DNA of 58,498 bases, filler included, from Dugesia japonica (GCA_001938525.1; 6 parts of 6 records of this genome joined end to end with filler, not necessarily neighbours in it); one strand, 5' to 3'. Positions 36,121 through 48,763 are shown, numbered from the whole stretch's first letter. The notes: generated by a model from the letters alone, not told the origin. Numbers and translations: made by a program.

Positions 36121-36756
36121 AAAACATTTCTTTACAAGATGATAAGAAACATAGAACGTTTTTCATATAACCATATTACTAGTGACACTTTTCTTTAAAC
36201 ATCCTATTACTAGTTACAATATTCTAAAAATTAACATATTAATCATGCAATTTTTAATAGAAAACATATTAGCTGAGAACATTGCTGAGAACAATATGAT
36301 AAAAGCGTAGAACGTTTTTTCTTAAAAATCATAAATTCATGGAACCTTTCCATATATAACTAATAAGTCTATATAAAAAATTAAAAGAAAATCTTTTTAT
36401 GATTGTATAGGATTAATGAGTATAGGGTTTATGAGTATATTATTTACATAGTTACCTTGTATTATTTACATATTAACCATGTATTATAAAGGTTTATGAC
36501 TATATTATTTAATATAATATATAATTTACATAGTAACCTTGTATTATAAGGTTTATGAGTATATTATTTACATATTAACGATGTAATAAGAGGTCACCNT
36601 GCAANATGTATGTTCATAAAATTAATTATCGTACATTAATTTATTCAAAATATTGTATAACTTAGTATTTAAAAAACCCTTCTTAATTTATTAATTATAA
36701 AATAAAAATAAAAGAAAACAATAATCCAATAAAATATTTATTAATATAACATTTAT

Positions 36757-37266
36757 TAACACGACATTTTTTTAGCATATTCATCAGCCATCTTCAAAAT
36801 CATTTCTTTTAAGATTTCATAATGGTTCTTGTTTTCATTGAAAGTGTAATCCTATTGAAATTCTGTTGAAATATTGTTCATAACTTGAAACATGTATATT
36901 GCTTTTGTCAGCAATAAATGTTTAAAATATCCATTAATCATCAACAACATATATTTATGAAGAAATTCTGGAAATCTTTATGTAATTTCTCAAAAGCTAA
37001 TTCTAAAAAAACAATCAAATAAAATAACAATATAATAAACTCTTACCATAATAATTTTCATAATTTCTGCCATCAATTGCAGTATAACAACTATCATCAT
37101 CATCATCATGACATGTATCTTCCATCTTTTCATCTTCAATAGTTTTTTCTTCATTAATATTGATTTTTCCGTAATCATTGGCTTCCATTATATTTTCTAT
37201 TTCTTCATTTTCAAGTCCTTCTTCTCCTTGGACAGTGTTTTCAAAAAATATTTCACAAGTATTCAT
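36757..37266 (-). pseudogene. Small acidic accessory gene remnant with a probable 44-nt intron (37003-37046)
   Basis: ORF 37015-37266 is E/D-rich. G|GTAAGA donor and TTTTTAG acceptor join YY to ELAFEKLHKDFQ in frame; the downstream part is frameshifted. Confidence 0.35.
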
Positions 37267-37531
37267 TTTGTAAAAATTGAATTTATTTTAAAAACAAGTC
37301 CTATGTATATAAACCCGGTAACCAATCATAACTGTTAAAACAAATATTAACAAATCATATCAATTTTAGCAAACAACAACTAATCGGAATCGTTAAAATA
37401 AATATAAACGAATCATATCAATTATAGCAAATAATATCCAATAGGAACTCATAAATAACGAGTATGTGTGTATCATAGCAAGTATATAAACAGCAGGTTT
37501 TGTAAAATAAGTCACTTTTACAATTATTATA

Positions 37532-37844
37532 ATGAACCAAGTCGAAAGAGGAATTAAGCAAATTACTGATGCAATTACGATTGGATCCGTTGACGAAATG
37601 AATCAACTAGAAAGAGATTAAAAAATTGGCAGATGAAATTACCAGTGGATCCATTGATCACATTCAATTCCTAAGCAGGATCAACAATAGTCTATTGAGA
37701 AAACATGAATATGTTGAACTCATTGTACGATCAATATTCATGGACAAAATTAAGGAAGAATTGAAGATCCAAAAGAGAAATAAATTTATTGCTGTAACGT
37801 TATTGTCATCCATTGTGATATTTTATTTGTTTGGTTGTAATTAA
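37532..37844 (+). pseudogene. ~104-aa tail-anchored protein with a 22-aa tandem repeat and BH3-like motif (one frameshift at ~37615)
   Basis: TATATAAA at ~37483, ATG at 37532, AATAAA at ~37872. MNQVERGIKQITDAITIGSVDE / MNQLER(E)IKKLADEITSGSIDH ... KRNKFIAVTLLSSIVIFYLFGCN*. Confidence 0.55.
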
Positions 37845-38076
37845 TGTAATTATTATTATTTTTGTTGTTTAATAAATAGATTTGAATAATAATTTTGTTT
37901 CTTTCTTGTATTATTTATATAAAAAACTTATAAGTAAATAGTTTCTTTGAACTACAATTGGTTTATGAGTGTATTATTTACATAGTAACCGTGTATTATA
38001 GGGTTTATTTACATAGTAACCATGTAAAAATTAAATATATAATAACAAACTTAATAAATAGAGTACTTTTTTAGTA

Positions 38077-38270
38077 TTACTTTAGAAAATTAACAATAAT
38101 TTTGTCAACAAAACATACATTTCGTATACTACAAATACAAGCAAGTAAAAATGTAATCTGTAATGTTGCTTCTTTATTATAAACAGTGTTTTCTCTCAAG
38201 TAAACAGCTATATAATATTCTCCACATAGATTTTTGTATGAGTATCCTCGACTAAGGCAATGTTTACTGA
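38077..38270 (-). pseudogene. Possible remnant of Polinton cysteine protease downstream of the capsid gene
   Basis: Manual translation HCLSRGYSYKNLCGEYYIAVYLR...DKIIVNFLK* has a CG(E)Y motif; position next to the MCP fits. Heavily eroded. Confidence 0.3.
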
Positions 38271-38363
38271 AAGGTACTTACCCAAGTAACTTTGATGCAC
38301 TCCGTTCAATCTGAATAGAATTAAAAAATAAATTAAACAATAACTCTTACTTTATTGCAATTT

Positions 38364-39300
38364 CTAAACCAATACCGTTCCATTTTCTTTAATCTGAATT
38401 TCATTTTCAAATACTCCATAAAAATATAACATAAGCCGATGTTGTTAAAGCTTTGGCAAACTTGATATCCAATCTCAAATTTCCTTGTTGAGGTAATTGA
38501 CTCTGATTTATATCGAAATCTGGAGCAAGAACAAATGCAAAGAAGGGATAATTATACTTAAAATCTTGAAGTGTTATTCCACAATTCATATTCTTATCGA
38601 AAAATCCTATATTTCTTACTATAGATTGCATATATGTTGTGGTATAATTATCGTCTGTAAAATCCTGAGTATATATTTCTCGATAATCACTGTTTTTTAT
38701 CAAGGAAACGGAAACAGGATCTTAACTTTTAAATGTTGAACTCGAGCTTTTATAACTACCATTATATTGTTCAACACTTTTAAATGTAACCAAAATAAAG
38801 CTAGGTAATCGATGATCACCAAAGATTTGTTCCTTATAAAACGATGAACTATCTTTACTAATTGCAAATGCAACGAGTTCTTTGGTTCTTATTGGATGAA
38901 CAGCATTTTGCTTTTTTAACCCCATTTAGTGAGCAACTAGTACTGAGGGTTCAATGCGTACACGTCTAATCATTAATTTGGCATCTAGTAATACATATTT
39001 AGGTTCATTAGCTGCAGATTCCAAACAAATCTTAGAAGATGATCGTTTCAATCGAATTTGAACATTGACACCCGGAATAAGGTATTTCGGATGATCCATG
39101 AAATCGAGTTGCAAAGAATCACATAGACAATTGTTTAGATTTTGCAATAGACCTTTTTTATCTGCTTCTGATCCATATCCCATTGCTGCAAGACATATAT
39201 TCTTACTATCGCCGTTATAGTTCAAAGTAATTCTCAGATTTGTTGATTTAATTTTCAAATTATTAACTGTTAATATTACAAAACAAGTCAAAAATTTCAA
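38364..39300 (-). pseudogene. Polinton major capsid protein (double jelly-roll, F54H12.2-like), C-terminal two-thirds
   Basis: LQLDFMDHPKYLIPGVNVQIRLKRS; DAKLMIRRVRIEPSVLVAH; RLPSFILVTFKSVEQYNGSYK; PFFAFVLAPD; GNLRLDIKFAKAL; frameshifted tail YGVFENEIQIKENGTVLV*. Confidence 0.88.
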
Positions 39301-39647
39301 AGAAAAGTTTGATCTTTCACTTTTATTAACCTAATTCTATGATCAATAGCTAGGTCGAATTATTTTTTTAGAAATAATTTATACAGGGCTGTTAGATAAT
39401 TTTAAAAATTTGCAAATATTTTAAAATTTAATGCAATGTTATTAGTTTAAATTTTTTAATGTAAATAATTAGTAAAAAATTTTAATCATGAAGATTTGTT
39501 GCTTTATTTTTTAAGTTACTGAAAATTCGAAGTTTTAGATTTCAAAAATATATTTTTAATAAATATGATAAAATTGTTTAAATTTATTATTTATTCAAAA
39601 ATATAAATTGGGAAAGGCAAGTTTTGAAAGAAGCGTTCAAAAAGAAA

Positions 39648-39747
39648 NNNNNNNNNNNNNNNNNNNNNNNNNNNNNNNNNNNNNNNNNNNNTTAATTAAT
39701 TAANNNNNNNNNNNNNNNNNNNNNNNNNNNNNNNNNNNNNNNNNNNN
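39648..39747. other. Artificial contig spacer
   Basis: 44N-TTAATTAATTAA-44N. Confidence 0.97.
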
Positions 39748-39949
39748 ACACTTATTGTATCTGTTAGGATGTTTTAATATCCAACATGAAAAGTTTATGA
39801 AAAGTTTCATAGGTTTATGTAATAATAATAGAAGAAATTTCAAATAAAAAAAGAAAATAATTAAAACAATTAATTGTTTTAATATGGCTTTTTTGTATTA
39901 GAATAAATTTTTAACTGGATTTACTTATAACTTATTAATAAATATTTAC

Positions 39950-42663
39950 CAATGGAAACTGGATAAAGAATAGCTGCGACTAACATGGCGTTCCACGCAA
40001 GTGTGACAAAGAACCTGCTCGTACAAGCTTTGAGTCTGAGAACATAGAAAGGGAGATGACGTTGAGAAATTTATAGTCAAATGCCAAAAGTATTTCGATG
40101 CAGCAAACGTAACCAAGAGTACCAAAAAACTTGTAATTATGGGTCTACTGGACGATAAATTGAGAAGAAGATTCGAAAAGACCGATGATAGACATGGTTA
40201 CGAAGATAGACTAAGACATTTAGTCGTCAAAAAAAAGTCATTAGTAAAGGATAATGGAAGCATATTGTCATACAGACGACAAAAATAGGATGTTGACAGC
40301 ATCGTGGAAGAAATTAACAAGATGGTGGAGTTACTGATGATAAGAAAGAAATGCGAAAATAACTTCTTATGCATTGTGTTGTATGCAACAGCGGCGAAAG
40401 AAAAATGTGGCAATCCAAAAAATTAAAGATTCTGAGGTAATTATTACGCTGATACGAAGTCTTGATAGAATTGAGGATAAAGAACCGATAAATGCAATGC
40501 GTCCCAGTTACAGAGGAGCCCTGATGAACAATAACCAACAATATAATACATTCAAACATCAAGAGAACTACCAGACAAACAGAAATCCAAAGCCGATGGA
40601 CAACAAACAAAAGGAGATATTATGTTACGGTTGCAATAAGCCGGGGCATATTGAAAAGACTGCCCATCGACACCCATAAAATATTTCGGATGCGGATTTA
40701 CCAAACACATAAGGCGTTTTTGCACGGAGATAAAATGCCAAAAGTGTACACTTAACAAACATCAAGCAAATGAATGTAGAACGTCAGATGGAAAAGACTG
40801 TCCGAGTATGATAGAGGAAAATGGGGTGGTAAAATGGGTCAAACGATAAAAGTTCAATACAAAACGAAATATCAATGGGTGAAATATCATAGACACAGTC
40901 AGAGACGAATCACCTAACAGAGAAATAAATGAAATCAAATACGATGATGACGACAGATCAGGAAAAGGATAAAGCAAAAATAGGCACCCAAATAGAAGGG
41001 CTCCGTCAGAAGACGAGATGATAGGAGCCTTATAATAAACATAACGGAAAGTGTTACTCGAAACGGAGGTCAATCGGTGTGTATCGAGATGGAAATTCAA
41101 GATAAGCCCTTTGGTTGTTTGCTGGACACAGTAGCAAAAATTAACGTCATGAGTGACAGAAATCTTAAGGAACTGAGCAATATTGTAATACAGAAAGCAG
41201 ATGTAAAATTACGATATGCTAACAATATGATACTGGAAACGCTAGGGCAGATGGTGGTTGAGATATGTATCAGACAACAAAGAGAAATGGTTAAATATAC
41301 GATAGAAAAACCGGTGTGTCCAGACATTATAGGAAAAACAGATCTACAACAGCAATCCGGCTTTCAGTCACAAAGAAGATCAATCGAAGAGAATGAAATA
41401 CACATTGGTATTTTAGAAGTAAAATTTGGAAGAATTATATCAAACGAAGAACNGGAGCAGCAAGATATAAAAATAATTCAACCAAACAAAGAAGCACGAA
41501 AAATAAAAGCAGCTAATAGACCAGCGTTCATGGCTGACGATTGGGATATTGGATGTACCATGCTAGTGAAGCATAAAATTATAACGGAAAAAAAGCCAAT
41601 AAACATAATACCATGGCGTTAACCGATGAACTTAGAAGACGAGATTAAAACAACACTACAGAACTTAGAAGAAAACGGTATCAGGAAATGTAATTTAAGA
41701 TGGAATATGCCACTTGTTTGCATATGGAATAAAGAAAAGAAAAAGCTGAGATTATGTTTAGACTTTCGCCAGCTGAACCAAATATCGGAGAGACAGGATA
41801 TCCAATGCTACACACGAAAGAACTGCTAGATAGATTAAATGGAGCCCGTTCTGTCAGCACAATTGATCTAGGCAATGTGTATTATCAGGTTAAATTGGAG
41901 GAATTCTCGCAGGAGAAAACCGCTTTATTCACCAAAAAAGGTCAATACTGGATATTCAATACAGTAAAGGCAAAGCACATTCCAATGCAGACATGCTATG
42001 AAGAATGGAGTGCGAAACTTGTGTACAATGTGAAATGCAACACAAAGAAGCAATGTCATGTAAGATTAAAACATGAAGACTATGTACGATGACAACGGAT
42101 ATGGAGTTCAAATGGTAGAAGAAGAATGTTGAAATAAAAGATTTAAAAAGGATCATCGACGAAGGCAGGTGTTCAGAATTCACAATAAAAAAGGGATAGT
42201 TAAAACAAAAAGCGACAAAATATAGATTCCAAAAGAGAAACAGTCAGAATGGATGCACGCGAGTGAAGAAAAGATGTTACATTATATTACAAGTGGATAT
42301 GATATGATAAATATGCTCGAAATAGTAACAGAGACAACACGAACATGTAGAGATTACCAAAGGAATAAAGTGAACACATCAATAACGAAAGAAGAGAAAA
42401 TAACACTGGAAGCTAACCATGTATTTGAAAAGATCCATATCGACGTATGTGGACCGTTCAAAGAAACACTACGGAGAAAGAAATATATTCTAGCCATAAT
42501 AGATCACTATAGTAAATATATATCATTGTCGGCCAGAGGAAGACAGGATGAGGAAACCATATGCAAGGTAACCATGGAAAAATGGATCTTACGGTTTGGA
42601 GCACCAAAAGAAATACATAGTGATTGCGGGAAGACCTTCAAATTAAAGGCGTTTATATATTGA
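39950..42663 (+). mobile_element. Decayed Ty3/Gypsy element: gag (three CCHC-like knuckles)-PR-partial RT-IN
   Basis: CYGCNKPGHIEK(DC), YFGCGFTKHIRRFC, CQKCTLNKHQANEC; PR LLDTVAKIN; RT LRLCLDFRQLN...IDLGNVYYQV...KTALFT; IN FEKIHIDVCGPF...IIDHYSK...RFGAPKEIHSDCG. The RT YxDD motif and most of RNase H are missing. Confidence 0.92.
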
Positions 42664-44064
42664 AAATTTATTTTGGAGTATTACATATTTATTTTNGAAA
42701 TATTTAATATTAAATTTTATCGTAATATTGTAAAATAAATTTTTAATTGATTTTTCCAATTGTTTATCTCTGTATGAAATATTAATTTTGTTTAAATGAA
42801 CAAAACAATTAAAATATTTCTTTTATTTTGATTAAATCATGGATTTAAATTCGAAATAGTCGATGAATGTCTTTGACGTTAATCAACAATTTGTTGCCTA
42901 ATTGAATTTCTGCGTTATTACTTTGTTTTCAAAACTTGTTCTTCATTATTAAATAGAAAAATTTTGTTTCAAATATTATACTAGATTATACTGAACAATT
43001 TTTACAACAAATAAAATCAAAATGCTATGTAGATATTGTAATCGCTATGTTATATTGTATTATTATACTTACATAACAATTATTTCACACATTAGTCATC
43101 CTTATAGGACAGATTGACAGCAATTATAGATACTATTAGAAACAAATGGAAAAAAAATAATTCCGTTGTCTCGACATCGGCTAATTAATAATCGCATGAT
43201 TGTAGCTTATTAATCGATATTATTAAAATTTAAAAAACAAACATTCTTTTAAAATATAATTATTGCTAAACTAAGAAATATTATTCGCTGCTTATAATGA
43301 AATTCAGAATTGATTTTGTTAGTTCTTTTTATACTTTACAACTAACTAATAATTGAAAGATTTGAAGCGTTAATAAATACAACATATATTTACGGATATG
43401 CATATTTATCGAATTTAATAAGCGTTAAAATTCGTAAATGTCAAATATATTTACATTGATTTATTTGTGCAATTAGTGAATTTGAAAATCATTAAAATTA
43501 ATTAAATTGATATAGCTAGTTTTATGATAAAATATTGAAAACTATTGATTTTTATTATTTAGTTTATTTTATTCAATTTTCCGATAGAAATTCAATAAAT
43601 TGATTAAATTTGATTTGATTTACATTAATTAATCATTAATCGACTCCATATTGCGAAGTGTTTAAACCTGCTACAAATCTTATGTTTGATTGATTGAATT
43701 GATTTATTCATAATTTGTACTAATAAATATTTTTAAAATATTCTATATTGATATTTATCGATTTATATTTAATCGTCCAAATTATTACAAAGATCAATTT
43801 TAATGTTTTTTTAATAATTTTTTTTGGTTTATTTATTTCCCTTTTTTCATATTTTTACTTTTGAATGTTTAATTTGTTTAAATTTTTCTATTGAAATGTT
43901 AAAAGTATTGTTCAGATTAATTTTCATTATAGAACGAAATTTATTATTTATAAGTGTAAGTAATATTTGATATGGATGGTTTACGACAAATAATATAAAA
44001 TAATCGAGAATAATGCCAAATAATATTTAATTATTTATGATTGATCTTTTGAAATTTAAAATAT

Positions 44065-44334
44065 TTTCTATTAATTATGCCAACAATTTTCAGACAATTG
44101 TTAATTTCCCGCCCGCCTTTGTCAACAACTTTCATACTTTCAGTCTCTTCCCTAATAGAATTATGTGAACAAATGTTTATCTCTCCGCACAAATTAAAAA
44201 TATTTTTAATAATTGCTTTGATTTATTTAATTTTATCGTGTAAAAATTATTGACCTTTCTCCCCTTTGTCAACAAGTGAAAAACTTCTTCAGCTCCCTCT
44301 CAATATTTTGTGGACATAATTTATGAACGGCTCC
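44065..44334. mobile_element. Probable MITE (PIF/Harbinger-like ends)
   Basis: Right end reads GGAGCCGTTCATAAATTATGTCCAC on the minus strand; eroded left end ATTAATTATGCCAAC; internal repeat CCTTTGTCAACAA twice. Confidence 0.45.
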
Positions 44335-45205
44335 ATACATACATTATCTATTATAATCTTATTTTTCCCCATTCACTAGATTTGTATTTTACATCCACAT
44401 TCAGTACACTCATGAATTTATGAATACTTTCACTAGATTCTTTCACACATTCTATGCAAAGTTTTATTTAAAGCTTAAAGGTTAAAAATTAACCTTTAAT
44501 TTCCACTAAAAGAAGTTAAAAATATAAATTTATTAAATTTTAACATGTGTGGTTATTTTGTTATACTTTATCTAAAATTCTCGTTAATGTATAATATATA
44601 TATAGCTTATTAACAATTATTTCTTTGTCATTTTATTCCTAGACCCTCATATTTATTATTAAATTTACTCTTTTGCAAAGATTCACAAATTTAATCTAAC
44701 TGTTAGCGTGTTAATGCACGTCTAAATAAATATTCTATTGATAATATAGTCATAAGGATTTCCCTTGATAAAACACTTAATCCTTTTTTCTTATAAATAA
44801 GTAAATAAATTTTCAATAAAATAAGTCGTATTTTTTTTTAACTTGCCTGTTTATTAAAACAATATTGTCAGGCATAAAATGAACGAATGTTACTTTTTAG
44901 AGAAAGGTTTAAATACATTTAATAAAATATATTAAATCCATAAATCCATCTTAAATTATTTAATAATTTGTATCAAATAGTTCAGATTTTTACACACACT
45001 ATTTTAATAATTATTCAGTTAAAATCAAATTCTCTAAGCTTTTCCTAAGGAAAAAGATGTTTAATATTTTTATATTAAGTATAATTGAGAAATATGTATT
45101 TGTTTCTAAATTAAATTTATTAATGGAATTTCTTTATATCAATCGATTAATTTTTTTATTAGTTTTTCCGATTTTCATAAATATTTTTTAAATTTTGTTA
45201 TTTAA

Positions 45206-45496
45206 CACGTTGAATACGATAACACACCGTTTGAGTATTTTTGTAATGAAACCAATCATGTAGCATATGTGTAGTATGTTGCGTTTTCTTCAAAGTTGAA
45301 ATCTCGCGTCGGGTGGGCTGGTAATCAATTTGTCTTGTGTTTACATTGTGATAGCGTTGTTAGAAAGCGATATTCGGTAGCAGTTTCAAGAAAACAAAAA
45401 CTATCTTGTTGATCACTATTTGTCGAAATAATTAATAACTATACAAAATAGTAGACCTTTTAGCTTCTTTCAAAAATTATATTGGCAGTCAATGTG
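45206..45496. mobile_element. piggyBac-derived MITE, 291 bp, TTAA TSD
   Basis: TTAA|CACGTTGAATAC ... GCAGTCAATGTG|TTAA. Confidence 0.8.
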
Positions 45497-45670
45497 TTAA
45501 GCGGGTATAATTAAATATTTTTTTATTTGAGATTTACGTAATGGATTGTATCATAGTATGCTATAACTCGAAGAAAATCCTTTTTTTCAAAAAAATTAGT
45601 ATGAAATTAAGTAATGGTGAATAATTCTTGAAATTTAACAGCTGACATTTGTTGTCATTAAATATTATGT

Positions 45671-45772
45671 TTCGACNCACATACTAGTTTGGGTACACCC
45701 AATCTCGTTCGATATTGGAAGTTAAGTAGCTCTCGACTTCGTTAGTACTTCTAACGTGAGCAGTGTCGACTT
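45671..45772 (+). pseudogene. 5S rRNA pseudogene or 5S-derived SINE head (102 nt, deletion in 3' domain)
   Basis: CATACT...CACCCAATCTCGTTCGAT..TGGAAGTTAAG (box A)...GTTAGTACTT; terminal helix TCGAC/GTCGA; no oligo-T terminator follows. Confidence 0.85.
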
Positions 45773-47081
45773 AGCTTGGCTGGTGTTTGGCTAGAGATAA
45801 CCTTACGCATTTTTCAGTGCAAATAAGAGTCCACCGTCTTGTGTTTCATGTCTTGAGTGTTCAAGTATTCTCGATTAAGTTCTTTCAACTTATTTTTAAA
45901 GAAATTACCTATGGAGAATTTCACCATTAGATCCACAAAGGGATACTGAAAATCACCTAACATATAAATTCGATTGTTGGTTGGCTCGGGTGTGAAACAT
46001 CTTCACTTATTGGCCAGATTGAAGTCCTGGATGCTGATTTCCCTGCGACATCCGAACTGCGGTGTCCGGCAATGGAATCTTCAGTTTGAAAATGGCTATT
46101 TTATTCGCAGCGTATTAATACGTGTAGTTCTATCTTGTAGACATTAAGAATATTGCTTCTTGTTTACACTNNNNNNNNNNNNNNNNNNNNNNNNNNNNNN
46201 NNNNNNNNNNNNNNNNNNNNNNNNNNNNNNNNNNNNNNNNNNNNNNNNNNNNNNACAGAAATGTTGATAAATAAAAAAATTAGAACTTCATTTCGTTGAA
46301 AATGATAATTCAAACATGGATTGCAAAATTTAAAGAAAATGACAAAATCTCTTATGGAGTTATTGTGGAAAAAATATTAAACTAAATTACATTTAAAACA
46401 AAAATTAAAATCAATGACGACATTTCTTTCATTAAAAAAATGTTAATAGAGCGTTTGATTTCAAACTCNNNNNNNNNNNNNNATGTTGGAAAATAGATTT
46501 TTAATTTATATTTCATTTGGTTTTCTTTATCTACGAACTCTTACTTTCATTAAAATTAATTTCAAATACGTAAATATTTTTTATTGTTTTCAATTTAAAC
46601 CAATGGAAATAATTTCAAATAATTAATTAATTTAAATCGATTTATCAAAAAAAGTTTCACGATGTAAACAATTATTTGATTTTATTGATTTATCGTCCAT
46701 TAAAAATTAATACATTTAACCATGCACTTGTCTGACTTATCAATTTCTGTTTTATCATTAAATTTATTCACTTATGCAAAATATTGGAAAAAAAACTAAT
46801 TTAATTAAAGTTCGGTATCTGTTTTTGATTTATTATGCATGAAAATATAAGATTAAATTTGATTGGTTGTCTGACAATAATATTGAAATAATGCTAATTA
46901 TTATTTTAAACAATTTTGATATTTCTTTATATTTTATTTGAGAAAATTTATTTTGACACTTTCAATTCTATTATTAAATTATAAACTTCCAAAAATGCAT
47001 ATCTTTAAAATATGAACATTGATATTTCAACAAATATGAATCTTTGATTTTTATTACTTTGCTTGGGAGTTATTATTATAC

Positions 47082-47082
<1 letters not shown>

Positions 47083-47143
<61 letters not shown>

Positions 47144-47193
47144 NNNNNNNNNNNNNNNNNNNNNNNNNNNNNNNNNNNNNNNNNNNNNNNNNN

Positions 47194-47233
<40 letters not shown>
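47083..47233. repeat. (TAT)n microsatellite spanning a gap
   Basis: Read directly from the sequence. Confidence 0.95.
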
Positions 47234-47255
<22 letters not shown>

Positions 47256-47885
47256 ATCATTATTATATTACATTTTTAGTTTTACGATTTCTATTGGTTA
47301 AAATAATTTAATAAAATATTTAATAATTTAAAATCGTTTATATATAACTAATTACATTGATAATCTAATTAATATTCTTTTTATTTTACATATCTTATCA
47401 TTTACATAATTCTATATCTGATCGATGAATTCCCATTAAGAAAAATGTCATTTGGGCATTTATTTATTGCAATGTATCTCGACAAATTCCAGCAATGCTT
47501 GACAATAATTTTGTGAAATTTTTATACTAATTTTATATTAATTCCATTTTAACTTAGGGTAATATTCTTTCCTAAATGCCGTATTTGACTCTAAAGTGAT
47601 GATACACTTAAACAAATATAATTATCTAGATATTTAATGAAAATTATCAACATTTTAAAATATTCACAAATTTAGAAAAACAGTGTGAACATTTTGCAGT
47701 TTTAGGGAAAGTCAAAGAAATTCAAAATTATTAGCTAATTTTATCAAATTTAACAAAATACCGAAAACAAATACTAACCCTAGAAATAATCTATTTTTTA
47801 AAAAGTTTATTTTTCTTGTCATTATATTTATTTCTTATTATAAATAATATTAACTTTGTTTGCAGTGAATTTTTTATTCTACAAA

Positions 47886-48400
47886 CAGTGGTTCTTAATC
47901 TTTGTAATTCCGCAGACTTCTTTGGTAGTACAAAAAAAACCATGGACTCCGTTTTTAGAATAATATTTTTAAATGCTTAAAGCAAGACTACAAGAGTTAA
48001 TTTTCATTGAAATAAATAAGGGATATTTACAGGAATATGTAATAATAAGAGATTAACTGTTAGATTTTATTTCGAACTTTTGATAAGGCTTATTTTATAC
48101 TTATTACATTATTATATTTACATATCACTTGTTTAAAAAACAAGTCTCGATCAAAATTTGTCTTATTCTGGTTTTTGATAACAATTCAATATTTCGACTT
48201 CGTCTTCGTCAGGAATTGACTTTTTACTGACTTAATTTTAAAAAGCGGACTTTAATTAAGCGAATATTAAATTAATAATTAACTTTAAGACTTTAATTTA
48301 TATTGAAAATTTTGAAAAGATTTACGTATTGCCACATATTGAAAATAATTGGCAAAACTAATATATTTCTTTATCCTTATGGCTACCGAAACCTATCTAT
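47886..48400. mobile_element. hAT-Charlie remnant
   Basis: Terminus CAGTGGTTCTTAATCT at 47886. TTCGACTT.GTCTTCGTC.GGAATTGACTTTT (~48193-48225) recurs at ~57555-57587. Confidence 0.5.
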
Positions 48401-48663
48401 TGGTTTTTTATGTTTTAATATTAAAATTTCTTTTTTTGTGTAATTTATTGAAAATGAAATTTTAAAAATGTAAGCATGTTTTCAAAAGCTTATCGAAATT
48501 TTTGTGTTTTGGTTGGAAAACTTTTTTTCAAAAATCTTTTGCGTAGTAGTATAAAAATTACGTGGTAAGAAATTTAGTTGTTAAAAATATGAATAAAGAA
48601 TATTAAATTTTTAGACAAAAATTAAGAATCAGTCTAAATATTTATAAATATTTATATTTGATT

Positions 48664-48763
48664 NNNNNNNNNNNNNNNNNNNNNNNNNNNNNNNNNNNNN
48701 NNNNNNNTTAATTAATTAANNNNNNNNNNNNNNNNNNNNNNNNNNNNNNNNNNNNNNNNNNNN
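48664..48763. other. Artificial contig spacer
   Basis: 44N-TTAATTAATTAA-44N. Confidence 0.97.

Larger units (their letters stand above)
34518..39300. mobile_element. Endogenous Polinton/Maverick remnant B (F54H12.2-type capsid lineage)
   Basis: Major capsid pseudogene at 38364-39300, small accessory ORFs, and recurring intergenic motifs that tie 34.5-38 kb together. Left boundary is inferred. Confidence 0.7.

Noticed and set aside
12710-39300. Treating PolB/protease (A) and capsid (B) as one 27-kb virus genome
   Set aside because: They are separated by two artificial spacers and unrelated DNA, and the genes appear to belong to different Polinton groups.
45671-45772. Functional 5S rRNA gene
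   Set aside because: Too short (102 nt), box C region altered, no terminator, and not in a tandem array.
47044-47301. Poly-I/L/Y ORFs
   Set aside because: (TAT)n microsatellite plus an N gap.
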